From assembly GCA_965233185.1 (NCBI GenBank), contig CBDDSA010000092.1, positions 1,270 to 65,269 of the forward strand: DNA of 64,000 bases. The letters run 5' to 3'. The notes under the pieces were generated by a model. That model did not search any database. It was given only the letters and a program-made list of their open reading frames with translations, and was not told the DNA's origin. The stretch comes from an uncultured bacterium. GTDB lineage: Bacteria; Pseudomonadota; Gammaproteobacteria; Burkholderiales; SG8-39. The position numbers were made by a program, and so were the translations under genes. The first letter of the stretch is position 1; every line of letters begins with the position of its first letter. Below are positions 9,196 to 16,890 of the stretch, piece after piece.

Positions 9196-9981
9196 ATGGA
9201 CCTCACGGCGCAGCAGCTCGAGAAGTTCGAGCGCGACGGGTATCTCGTGTTTCCCGGGCTGTTCTCGCAGGCTGAAGTGGACGTGCTGCGGGCCGAGACA
9301 GCGCGCCTCGCGCAGGTCGAGGCCGAGACCGTGATCCGCGAGCGCACCGGCGGCGTGCGCTCCATCTTCCGGGTGCACGAGGCCGACGGCGCAACGCGCT
9401 CGGCGGCTTTTCGCGCGCTGGTGCGCTCTCCGCGCGTGCTGCGCCCCACCCTGCAGGCGCTGCGCACCGACGGCGTTTACGTGTACCACACCAAGATCAA
9501 CACCAAGCCGGCGATCGAGGGCACGGTGTGGATGTGGCACCAGGACTACGGCTCGTGGCAGCGCGACGGCTGCCCGCGGCCCGACATGGCGACCTTCGCC
9601 GTGATGATGACCGACTCGGTGGAGATGAACGGTGCGCTCTACGTGCTGCCCGGGAGCCACCGGCGGGGACGCATCGAGCCCTACTACGACGACAGCACCT
9701 CCTACAAGTTCTGGGCCATCCCGAAATCGCAGATGATCTCGATCCTGAGGGAATCGGAGAGCCCCGTTCCGATCGTCGGCCCGGCCGGGAGCGCGGTGCT
9801 TTTTCACTGCAACCTGCTGCACGCCTCGGGCCACAACCTTACGGCCGAGGACCGCTGGCACATTTACATCTCGTTCAACTGCTGCGCCAACGCGCCCCCC
9901 CTCGGGCCGGATGCGCGCCCGGACTGGGTCGTATCTCGCAACACGCAGCCGCTGCCGCTCGAGGCCGACGCCATGGTCTGA
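9196..9981 (+). CDS. phytanoyl-CoA dioxygenase (PhyH) family Fe(II)/2-oxoglutarate oxygenase, ectoine-hydroxylase-like
   Basis: 261-aa ORF containing WHQDYGSW (HxD) and LLHASGHN. Confidence 0.8.
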   Translation: MDLTAQQLEKFERDGYLVFPGLFSQAEVDVLRAETARLAQVEAETVIRERTGGVRSIFRVHEADGATRSAAFRALVRSPRVLRPTLQALRTDGVYVYHTKINTKPAIEGTVWMWHQDYGSWQRDGCPRPDMATFAVMMTDSVEMNGALYVLPGSHRRGRIEPYYDDSTSYKFWAIPKSQMISILRESESPVPIVGPAGSAVLFHCNLLHASGHNLTAEDRWHIYISFNCCANAPPLGPDARPDWVVSRNTQPLPLEADAMV

Positions 9982-10042
9982 CCGGACTATCCGCCTGGTC
10001 CGATACGACTCCATGTCACGGGCAGGTGCTAGCTTCGGCCGG

Positions 10043-10981
10043 ATGGAATCCCTGCTGCCTGCCTTGCGCGCCGCCTTCGAGGCGAGCGTGGTCATCAACG
10101 CCACTGTCCTCCTGGTGCTGCTCGCGGGCCTTGCCGTCGCGATCGCGCAGGCCTTTGCGCTGCGCCCGGTGCGCCACTGGGTGGACCAGGCGAGCCGCGG
10201 CTTCTCGATGAAGGACCCGCCGGCGCTCGTCGCGCCGGTGGCGCGCGTGCTCGCCGGCAAGGAGCGCGAGGGCTTCGTGCTGTCGCTCTCCGCGATGGGG
10301 GCGCTGCTCGACGGCGTGCGCCGGCGCCTGGACGAGCCGCGCCAGGTCGCCGGCCTGCTGCTGGCGGCGCTCGCGTTCCTCACGCTGATCGGCGCCTTCT
10401 GGAGCGCCGCGCAGATCGGCGCCGCCGCGCTGGTGGTGCTCGGCCTCGCCCAGCTCGGCGTGCGGCGCGCGCAGAACCGCGCCCTCGCCCAAGTAGAAGA
10501 CTTTCTCGCCCAGCGCGCCGAGCTGCCGAGCAGCCTGCTCGGCGGCGAGTCCGCGCTGCCCGCCTACCTGGAGGCGCTGCTCAAGCAGACCGCTGAAAGC
10601 CTGTCGGAGATCCAGCGCATGATGGTGCGCACCGAGGAGGAGCGCCGCGCCACGCAGGGCGCGCTCGCCTCGCTCACCGAGACGCTGGGCGCCGTGTCGG
10701 ACCAGCTGCGCGCGCAGCAGAAAGTCATCCTCACGCTGTCCAAGAACCACTACGACCTGCAGCCTGCGATCGCCGACCTCGCCACCCAGGTGGCCGGCGC
10801 GCTCGCCGGGAGCGAGGAAATGCGCAGCCACCTGCGCAACCTCGATCTGTCGGTAGCGCGGCTGGTCGACGAAGTCTCCGCGGCGCGCACGCAAACGCCC
10901 GATGCCATGCGCCAGGAGATCAAGGTGCTCGCGCAAACCCTGCGCAACGGCGCCCGAAACGGGGACAGACCCCATTTCTGA
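10043..10981 (+). CDS. membrane protein with long C-terminal coiled coil, function unknown
   Basis: Frame of ORF 9911..10981. The start is ambiguous between ATG 10013 and ATG 10043. Three predicted TM helices are followed by about 170 aa of heptad-like charged sequence. Confidence 0.5.
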   Translation: MESLLPALRAAFEASVVINATVLLVLLAGLAVAIAQAFALRPVRHWVDQASRGFSMKDPPALVAPVARVLAGKEREGFVLSLSAMGALLDGVRRRLDEPRQVAGLLLAALAFLTLIGAFWSAAQIGAAALVVLGLAQLGVRRAQNRALAQVEDFLAQRAELPSSLLGGESALPAYLEALLKQTAESLSEIQRMMVRTEEERRATQGALASLTETLGAVSDQLRAQQKVILTLSKNHYDLQPAIADLATQVAGALAGSEEMRSHLRNLDLSVARLVDEVSAARTQTPDAMRQEIKVLAQTLRNGARNGDRPHF

Positions 10982-11009
10982 GCGCTAGCTCCGCTCATCC
11001 GCGCACGGG

Positions 11010-11037
11010 TTGCATTTATTTTTTTCTATGCTATGGT
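11010..11037 (+). promoter_or_regulatory. putative sigma70-type promoter upstream of the rnk operon
   Basis: TTGCAT (11010-11015), a 16-nt T-rich spacer, then TATGGT (11032-11037), lying in an AT-rich island within GC-rich DNA. Confidence 0.4.
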
Positions 11038-11253
11038 CGGCCGCATGATGACGCACCGCTCAATTCTCTCCACCGGCCTTCTCCTGGCCGGCGCGGTCGC
11101 GCGCATCGTACGCATTCCGGGCACGCTGGCCTGTCCTGGCCAGGCCCGGTAACCGCCACCCGCACACGCCGCTAGCCGCGGCGCGCCGAGGGTGGCCGGA
11201 TACCGGGGCCTTTCCCTGAAAACTCTTTTCCTCTTTTCAAGGATGGATGCGCT

Positions 11254-11673
11254 ATGGCTTATGCCCAAGAACTGCTTCTCGTCTCGGCGCGCGACGCCGA
11301 AACGCTCGCCTCGGTGCTCGGCGAACGCGGACGCATGTCCGCGGACGCGGACGCCGCCAACGCCCTGGCCGACCTGCTGATGGAAGCGCAGCTCGTGCCC
11401 CACGAGCGGCTGCCGCAGGACCGCGTCGCCATGAATTCGCGCGTGACCTACGTGGAGGAGCCGGGCGGCGCGCGGCGCACCATCGTCCTGGTGCACCCGG
11501 CGCAGGCCGACGCCGCCGCCGGGCGCATTTCCGTGCTTTCACCGATCGGGCGCGCGCTCATCGGGCGGCAGCCCGGCGCCACCATCGACGCCGGCGGCCC
11601 GCTCGGCCGCAAGCTGCGCATCCGGGTGCTTTCGGCCGAGAGCGCGGCCGAGGAGGCGCCTCATGCATCCTGA
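11254..11673 (+). CDS. rnk: regulator of nucleoside diphosphate kinase (Rnk), GreA/GreB C-terminal-domain family
   Basis: 139-aa ORF. VAMNSRVTY and ISVLSPIGRALIG match the E. coli Rnk motifs VTMNSRV and LSVMAPVGAALLG as I recall them. Confidence 0.8.
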   Translation: MAYAQELLLVSARDAETLASVLGERGRMSADADAANALADLLMEAQLVPHERLPQDRVAMNSRVTYVEEPGGARRTIVLVHPAQADAAAGRISVLSPIGRALIGRQPGATIDAGGPLGRKLRIRVLSAESAAEEAPHAS

Positions 11674-12181
11674 CCTGCCGATCGAGCAGCTGGTGCGGCG
11701 CAAGGACACGCGCTTCCAGCTCGGCTTCGCCGCCGAGGCGCGCGAGCTGGTGCCCGAGCGGGACGAGTTCGTACTTTCCGGCTCCCGCCGCGGTCTGCAC
11801 GTGCTCGCCCGCAACGAGGACAGCCTTGCGACCCCGGTGGAAGTGCTGCGCGAAGTCTACGGGCCGAAGCTCGAGGTGCAGCCGCCGCACGTGCGCCTCA
11901 TCGAGGGCGTGCAGGTGCAGGAGCCGATCATGCACGTGCGCATCAGCCTGCAGACGCGCTTCCGCGAGGCGGCGAGGCAGGCGCTCGCCGCACGCAGCGC
12001 CACGCTGATGGAGGAGTACGCGCGCTCTTCGTATTGCGTGCTGCGCTACGAAGCGCCGCTCGCCGACCTGCTCGGCCTGCCGGCCGAGCTCGCCAAGCTC
12101 ACGCAGGGTGCTGCCAGGCACTGGATCGTGCTCAGCCACTATGCGCTGGTCACCCGGGATCCCGGCGGCACGGCCGCATGA
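11663..12181 (+). CDS. G-domain-less EF-G domain III + domain V-like protein (copy 1)
   Basis: 172-aa ORF that starts 11 nt before the rnk stop. The N-half resembles the end of EF-G domain III (...LEVQPPHVRLIEGV). The C-half resembles EF-G domain V (EPIMHVRI...EAPLADLLGL...LTQGAARH...SHYALV). Confidence 0.6.
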   Translation: MHPDLPIEQLVRRKDTRFQLGFAAEARELVPERDEFVLSGSRRGLHVLARNEDSLATPVEVLREVYGPKLEVQPPHVRLIEGVQVQEPIMHVRISLQTRFREAARQALAARSATLMEEYARSSYCVLRYEAPLADLLGLPAELAKLTQGAARHWIVLSHYALVTRDPGGTAA

Positions 12182-12208
12182 GCGGGCAAGGACTTGGAGA
12201 CGAGAATC

Positions 12209-12718
12209 ATGCAACTTGAGCTTCCACTGGAGCAGCTGGTGCGCCGCCACGGCGGCGCGTGCCAGCTCACCTTCGCCACCGAGGCCATGGACCGGGTTCC
12301 GCGGCGCGTCGAATACGCGCTCGCCCCCTCGCCGCTCGGCCTGCACCTGCTCGCGCGCGACGAGGATGCCCTGGAGGCGCCGCTCGGCGCGCTGCGCAAG
12401 AAGTACGGGCCCAGGCTGGACGTGGCGGCCCCGCGCGTACGGCTCATCGAAGGGGTGGGCACCGAGGAGCCGGTGATGCACGTCGAGATCTCGGTGGAGC
12501 GGCGTCACGAGGCAAAGGTGCGCCAGGCCATGGCGCGGCGCGGCGCCAGGCCGTGCGCGGATTTCGAGCGGCTGTTCTCGGTCATGCGCTACGAGGCGCG
12601 GCTGGCCGACCTGCTGGGCCTGCGCGAAGAGCTGGCGAGGCTGACCCGCGGCGCCGCGCGCCACTGGATGGCGCTCAGCCACTACGCGCATGTCGAACCC
12701 GCAAAGGAGACGAAATGA
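12209..12718 (+). CDS. G-domain-less EF-G domain III + domain V-like protein (copy 2)
   Basis: Paralogue of 11663..12181. ATG 12209 has GGAG upstream, and the ORF-track TTG at 12194 is an alternative start. Contains EPVMHVEISV...EARLADLLGL...LTRGAARHWMALSHYAHV. Confidence 0.6.
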   Translation: MQLELPLEQLVRRHGGACQLTFATEAMDRVPRRVEYALAPSPLGLHLLARDEDALEAPLGALRKKYGPRLDVAAPRVRLIEGVGTEEPVMHVEISVERRHEAKVRQAMARRGARPCADFERLFSVMRYEARLADLLGLREELARLTRGAARHWMALSHYAHVEPAKETK

Positions 12719-12879
12719 GTTATCGAGAAGCCAGAAGAGGCGCCGCCATCGCCGGGACGGTGCTGTTCGCGCTGCCGGTCGTGGAGCTGATCTATGGCCT
12801 GGCGGCGCCCGGCCCCACGCACTTCGTGGTCGGGGTGTTCGGTCTTGCGCTCGTCGGCCTCGCAGGCCGCTTGCGATGA
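12715..12879 (+). CDS. 54-aa two-helix hydrophobic peptide
   Basis: AAGGAGA Shine-Dalgarno at 12704-12710 and ATGA overlaps at both ends. Product: MSYREARRGAAIAGTVLFALPVVELIYGLAAPGPTHFVVGVFGLALVGLAGRLR. Confidence 0.55.
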   Translation: MSYREARRGAAIAGTVLFALPVVELIYGLAAPGPTHFVVGVFGLALVGLAGRLR

Positions 12880-13200
12880 CCGAGCGCCTGGTCCGTCGCA
12901 AGGACGTGCGCGGCCAGTTCCAATTCGCCAGCGTAGCGAAAGACATGCTCCCGGAGCGCGATGAGTACGTCCTTGCCAAGTCTCACCGGGGCTTGCATGT
13001 CCTTGCGCGCGACGAACCCAGCCTGGGCCTGCCGCTCGCAGTATTGCGCGCCGCATACGGCCCCATGCTCGATGTGCAGGAAGCGCGAGCGCGGCGAGCC
13101 GATCATGGACGTGCGCATCGGCCTGGAGTACGTGGGGGCGCAGATCGTGCTGAGCCGCTACGGTGGATGCATGCAGGAATCTGGACTGAAGCGCGAATAA
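12876..13200 (+). pseudogene. decayed third EF-G III/V-like paralogue (internal deletion, frameshift, 3' truncation)
   Basis: The N-part (MTERLVRRKDVRGQFQF...AYGPMLDVQEARAR) is colinear with copies 1 and 2. EPIMDVRIGLE continues in another frame and stops at 13200, about 80 codons early. Confidence 0.6.
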
Positions 13201-13218
13201 CTTTCGTTTTACTTCATC
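13181..13218 (+). promoter_or_regulatory. 38-bp AT-rich module shared with 19733..19770 (candidate LTTR operator/promoter)
   Basis: 32 of 38 positions are identical to 19733..19770, including the 13-mer TTTCGTTTTACTT. It ends 30 nt upstream of ATG 13249. Confidence 0.45.
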
Positions 13219-13248
13219 GAGCATCCGCCGGACCATTCCAGGGGCGCC

Positions 13249-14073
13249 ATGATCAACACTGCCCTTACCCGGATGTTCGGCTTGCGCTACCCGATAGCGC
13301 TCGCGCCCATGGGAAGCATCGCCGGCGGCCGGCTGGCGGCGGCGGTGTCCGAAGCCGGGGGGCTGGGCCTGGTGGGCGGCGGCTACGGCGATGCCGCGTG
13401 GCTGCGCACCGAGCTCGCGCTCGTGAAACAGCACACGCAGCGGCCCTGGGGCGTCGGGTTGATCACCTGGTCGGTCGATCGCAGCGCGGTCGAGGTTGCG
13501 CTCGGCTTCCGGCCGCACGCTTTTGTGCTGTCGTTCGGCGACCCGAGGCCGTATGCGGAGCTGATCAAGTCGGCCGGCTGCAAGCTCATCTGCCAGGTGC
13601 AGGACCTCGAGGGCGCGCGGCTGGCGCAGGCAGCCTCGGCTGACCTCATCGTGGCGCAGGGCACGGAGGCCGGCGGCCACGGCGGCGCGAGAGCCACGCT
13701 GCCGCTGGTGCCGGCGGTGGTGGATGCGGTGCAGCCCACGCCGGTGGTGGCTGCCGGCGGCATAGCCGACGGCCGCGGGCTCGCCGCCGCGCTGATGCTG
13801 GGCGCCTGCGGCGCGCTTGTCGGCACGCGCTTCTATGCCACGCCTGAATCGCTTGCCGACCCTGCGGCGAAGCGGCGCATCGTCGAGGCGCAGGACCACG
13901 CCACGGCGCGTACCCGCATGTTCGACGTGGTGCGCGGCCTGGGCTGGCCGGCCGCGTATACCGGACGGGCGCTGCGCAACCCGTTCATGCGCCGCTGGGA
14001 CGGCCGCGAGTCCGAGCTGGCGGCGGATCTGCAGCCGAACCTGTCCGCGTACCGAGAAATGAGCGCGCGATGA
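13249..14073 (+). CDS. nitronate monooxygenase (NMO, 2-nitropropane dioxygenase family)
   Basis: 274-aa ORF containing PIALAPMG, AQGTEAGGH and VVAAGGIADGRG. It looks shorter than I would expect for this family. Confidence 0.8.
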   Translation: MINTALTRMFGLRYPIALAPMGSIAGGRLAAAVSEAGGLGLVGGGYGDAAWLRTELALVKQHTQRPWGVGLITWSVDRSAVEVALGFRPHAFVLSFGDPRPYAELIKSAGCKLICQVQDLEGARLAQAASADLIVAQGTEAGGHGGARATLPLVPAVVDAVQPTPVVAAGGIADGRGLAAALMLGACGALVGTRFYATPESLADPAAKRRIVEAQDHATARTRMFDVVRGLGWPAAYTGRALRNPFMRRWDGRESELAADLQPNLSAYREMSAR

Positions 14074-14480
14074 GTCGCGAAGCATACGCACGGCTGCTCA
14101 ACCTGCTGCTGGAATGCGAGCGCGCCGGCGCCAAGCTGCTCGCCGCTTACTGCGACGAGCTGCCGCCGCGGTCAGACTCCTACGCCCGGCTCAGCATGAT
14201 CCAGCGCGACGAGGCGCGCAACTGCTCGATCCTGATCCACCTGCTGCTCGACGAAGGCTTCGAGCCGAGCACCGCGGTGGGCACGTTCTACGAACGCGGC
14301 CTCGCGCTACGCGGCTGGCGCGAGCGCCTCGATTTCCTCAACCGCGGGCAGCAATGGGTGGCCGAACGCATTGCCGCGGCGCTGCCGGGACTGTCGGAAT
14401 ACGCAGGCAGGCGGGCCTTGCAGGCTATGTACGACTCGCACCTCGAGAACATCCGCGTGTGCGAAGAGCAGCTTTGCTGA
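14070..14480 (+). CDS. ferritin-like four-helix-bundle protein (DUF6306-like)
   Basis: 136-aa ORF with an ATGA overlap with the NMO gene. Contains LLNLLLECERAGAKLL and MIQRDEARNC helices. Confidence 0.5.
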   Translation: MSREAYARLLNLLLECERAGAKLLAAYCDELPPRSDSYARLSMIQRDEARNCSILIHLLLDEGFEPSTAVGTFYERGLALRGWRERLDFLNRGQQWVAERIAAALPGLSEYAGRRALQAMYDSHLENIRVCEEQLC

Positions 14481-15324
14481 CATCGACCACCAGGCCCGGG
14501 TTGAACAGCGCATTCTCGTTCACGCCGTTCTTCGCGTAGCCGCGCGGGTTGCACACCACGCGCGTGCCATTCACGCGGTAGTCGAAGCTGTCGTGCGTAT
14601 GCCCGTGCACCCAGAGCTGGCAGCGGCTGCCCTCGAGCAGGTGCTCGGCATCGGAAACGAAGCACGCGTTCAGCAGCGAGCCGGCGAACCGCGGATGGAT
14701 GCTCCGCCGAGAGGGCGCATGGTGCGTGACCACCACGGTCGGCCCGGCGTGCGGCTCGGCGAGCTTGCGCTCGAGCCATGCGGCGTTCCGCGCAAATAGC
14801 GTGGCCGAATCCTCGGGCGTGAACGCCTCGATCCTGGCGAAGTCGCGAATCAAGCGCGAGGCTTCGCGCATCGCCTGCGCGCGCCCGGCGCCATCGCCGA
14901 GCAGCCGAAAGTCGCTCCACAGCGTGCTGCCCAGAAAGCGCACGCCGCCAAGGAGGAGCTCGTCGTTGTCGAGCACGTGCACCGGCGAGCCGGCGCACAG
15001 CCGCCTGAGCTCGCTCACGGTGCCGGCGAGGCTCCCGCCGTAGAACTCATGGTTGCCGGGAACATAGAGCACCGGCTTGCCGAAGCCCGCGGCCCAGGCG
15101 GCCGATGCCTCGGGGCGGGCAATGTCACCGGCCAGGATCACCGCATCGGCGTTCGCCGCCGGCACCTCGAGCCCCGCGACGCTCAGGTGCAGGTCCGACA
15201 GGATGTGCAGCCTTACGGCGCTTTCCTCATGCGCGCGGCGCCGGTGGGAATGGGTCCGCCGCGCGCGCTGCGCCGGCCGGACTTCACTTCCTCGTACCAG
15301 ATGTCGTGGTGCTCGCGCGCCCAC
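14425..15324 (-). CDS. metallophosphoesterase
   Basis: Motifs LHILSDLHL, ILAGDI and VPGNHEF...VTHH...HGHTH. The conserved domain begins at 15210, directly after the gamma-subunit stop. The nearest in-frame canonical start is GTG 15324. Confidence 0.7.
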   Translation of the reverse strand: MGARAPRHLVRGSEVRPAQRARRTHSHRRRAHEESAVRLHILSDLHLSVAGLEVPAANADAVILAGDIARPEASAAWAAGFGKPVLYVPGNHEFYGGSLAGTVSELRRLCAGSPVHVLDNDELLLGGVRFLGSTLWSDFRLLGDGAGRAQAMREASRLIRDFARIEAFTPEDSATLFARNAAWLERKLAEPHAGPTVVVTHHAPSRRSIHPRFAGSLLNACFVSDAEHLLEGSRCQLWVHGHTHDSFDYRVNGTRVVCNPRGYAKNGVNENALFNPGLVVDVSKAALRTRGCSRGASRT

Positions 15325-16289
15325 TCTTCGTCGGTCCAGCCGGTGCGCATGTTGCCGTAGGTGCCGGCGACGCCGATCGTGCCGAGATAGATATGCCCGA
15401 GCGATATGGCGATGTAGATCAGCGCGGCGATGGCATGCACCGCCCATGCGTCCTGCATCACGGCGCGCGTCTGGTCGAAGTTCGGGAACAAGAGCACGAC
15501 GCCCGACCAGCTCACCGCGATCGACAATCCCACCACCCCGACCCAGAACCATACCTTCTCGCCGCCGTTGAAGCGCCCGGAAGGCACGTGCTTGCCGCGC
15601 GCCATGTAGGCCCAGGCGTTGGCGAGCCAGCGCAGGTCGTAGGCGCGCGGGAAGTTGTCCTTGACGTACACCAGGATCATCGCCAGCACCGAGACCATGA
15701 ACAGCGGCGCGATGAAGTTGTGCAGGTTCTTGGCCGCGATGCTGAGCCAGGAAAACAGCGTATAGCCCATCACCGGCAGCAGCACATGCTTGCCGAACAG
15801 CATGATGAGGCCCGAGATGCCGAGCACGCAGAAGCTGATGGCGACCGTCCAGTGCACGATCATCTCGAGGGCCGTGAAGCGCCGCATGAGGCGGCCGCTG
15901 GGCGGATGCTTCAGCTTGAGCGAGCCTTTCCAGGCATAGAAGGCGAGGATGATGAGCGCCACGCCCACCACCAGCCAGCCGCCGTAGAAGGTCACCGGGC
16001 CGTTGCGGAACTGCCGCCAGGCTTCGCCGGCGGTGACGCTCACGTCCTGCCCGAGGAAGCGCGCCGGCGGCTGGATCAGCACCTCCATTTCGCGCCCCGG
16101 CAGGCTGGTGTAGTTCGGCGTGCCCCGCTGCACCTCGCGCCAGACCGGCGCATTGTTTCCCGGCTGCGTGACCTGGCGCTGCTGCTGCGCCTGCTCAGGA
16201 GTGGTGGGCGCGGCATTCTGCTGCGGCGCCTGCTGGGCCGCGGCCGCCCCGGCGAAGGCCAGCGCCAGCGCAACGAGGAACGTCTTCAT
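15213..16289 (-). CDS. formate dehydrogenase gamma (cytochrome b) subunit-like membrane protein with signal peptide and periplasmic extension
   Basis: 358-aa ORF with a signal peptide, four TM helices and conserved His residues (EMIVHWT, NLHNFIAP, AVHAIAALIY, LGHIYLG). Confidence 0.75.
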   Translation of the reverse strand: MKTFLVALALAFAGAAAAQQAPQQNAAPTTPEQAQQQRQVTQPGNNAPVWREVQRGTPNYTSLPGREMEVLIQPPARFLGQDVSVTAGEAWRQFRNGPVTFYGGWLVVGVALIILAFYAWKGSLKLKHPPSGRLMRRFTALEMIVHWTVAISFCVLGISGLIMLFGKHVLLPVMGYTLFSWLSIAAKNLHNFIAPLFMVSVLAMILVYVKDNFPRAYDLRWLANAWAYMARGKHVPSGRFNGGEKVWFWVGVVGLSIAVSWSGVVLLFPNFDQTRAVMQDAWAVHAIAALIYIAISLGHIYLGTIGVAGTYGNMRTGWTDEEWAREHHDIWYEEVKSGRRSARGGPIPTGAARMRKAP

Positions 16290-16576
16290 TGGTAGATTCG
16301 CCTGTATTCGTGCTGCGTGAGCTGGCGGCGCTTGATCTGCTCTTCCCAGCTGCCCTGGTCACCCTGCTTCCATTGCGTGCCGCCGAGCTGCGCCGCCAGC
16401 GGCGCGTTGTCCCAGGGCTTGGTGTCGGCCTTGCCCTGGTAGCGCTTCTCGGACTGGGGCTGCACCACCTGCTCGCGCTCGCCGCACGCCGCGAGCCCGA
16501 GGAGCGCCGCGCAAAGGAGGGACACCGCTATGCGGCCGTAGTGGTGTTGGCGACAGTCGTCCACGCGCTGCTCCAT
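16286..16576 (-). CDS. small lipoprotein of unknown function
   Basis: ATG 16576 (GTG 16525 is an alternative start). Lipobox LLGLAAC. ATGA overlap with the gamma-subunit start. Confidence 0.5.
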   Translation of the reverse strand: MEQRVDDCRQHHYGRIAVSLLCAALLGLAACGEREQVVQPQSEKRYQGKADTKPWDNAPLAAQLGGTQWKQGDQGSWEEQIKRRQLTQHEYRRIYQ

Positions 16577-16638
16577 GCAAAGCCCTGTGAACCCGGAGGC
16601 GCCCCGAAGTTCCTCGACTGCCGTCACGCAATTGCAGT

Positions 16639-16890
16639 TCAAGACTTGCCTGCGGCCGGCTGGGCGGGCTGCAGTGGTCCCGACCCCGCTCCAGGCCGGC
16701 CCGGCCCGTAGGCCGTGCCCCAGCCCCACACTTCGGAGCCCTTGCCGCGGCGCAGCACCCGCTCGCGGTAGATATCGGCGATCACGTCGCCGTCACCGCC
16801 CAGCAGCGCCTTGGTGGAGCACATCTCGGCGCACGCCGGCAGCTTGCCCTCGGCCAGGCGGTTGCGGCCGTATTTCTTGAACTCGGCGTC
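16639..16890 (-). pseudogene. 3' remnant of a 4Fe-4S (formate dehydrogenase beta-like) subunit gene
   Basis: The frame reads ...DAEFKKYGRNRLAEGKLPACAEMCSTKALLGGDGDVIADIYRERVLRRG..., which is the last Cys-cluster region only. There is no start codon and the N-terminal clusters are absent. Confidence 0.6.

Noticed and set aside
15208-15324. The metallophosphoesterase appeared to lack a start codon. Its conserved LHILSDLHL motif begins immediately after the gamma-subunit stop, preceded by GTA-AGG-CTG.
   Set aside because: An in-frame GTG exists 38 codons upstream (15324) inside the gamma-subunit gene, so a canonical start is available. The ambiguity concerns start choice only and is not a biological anomaly I can support.
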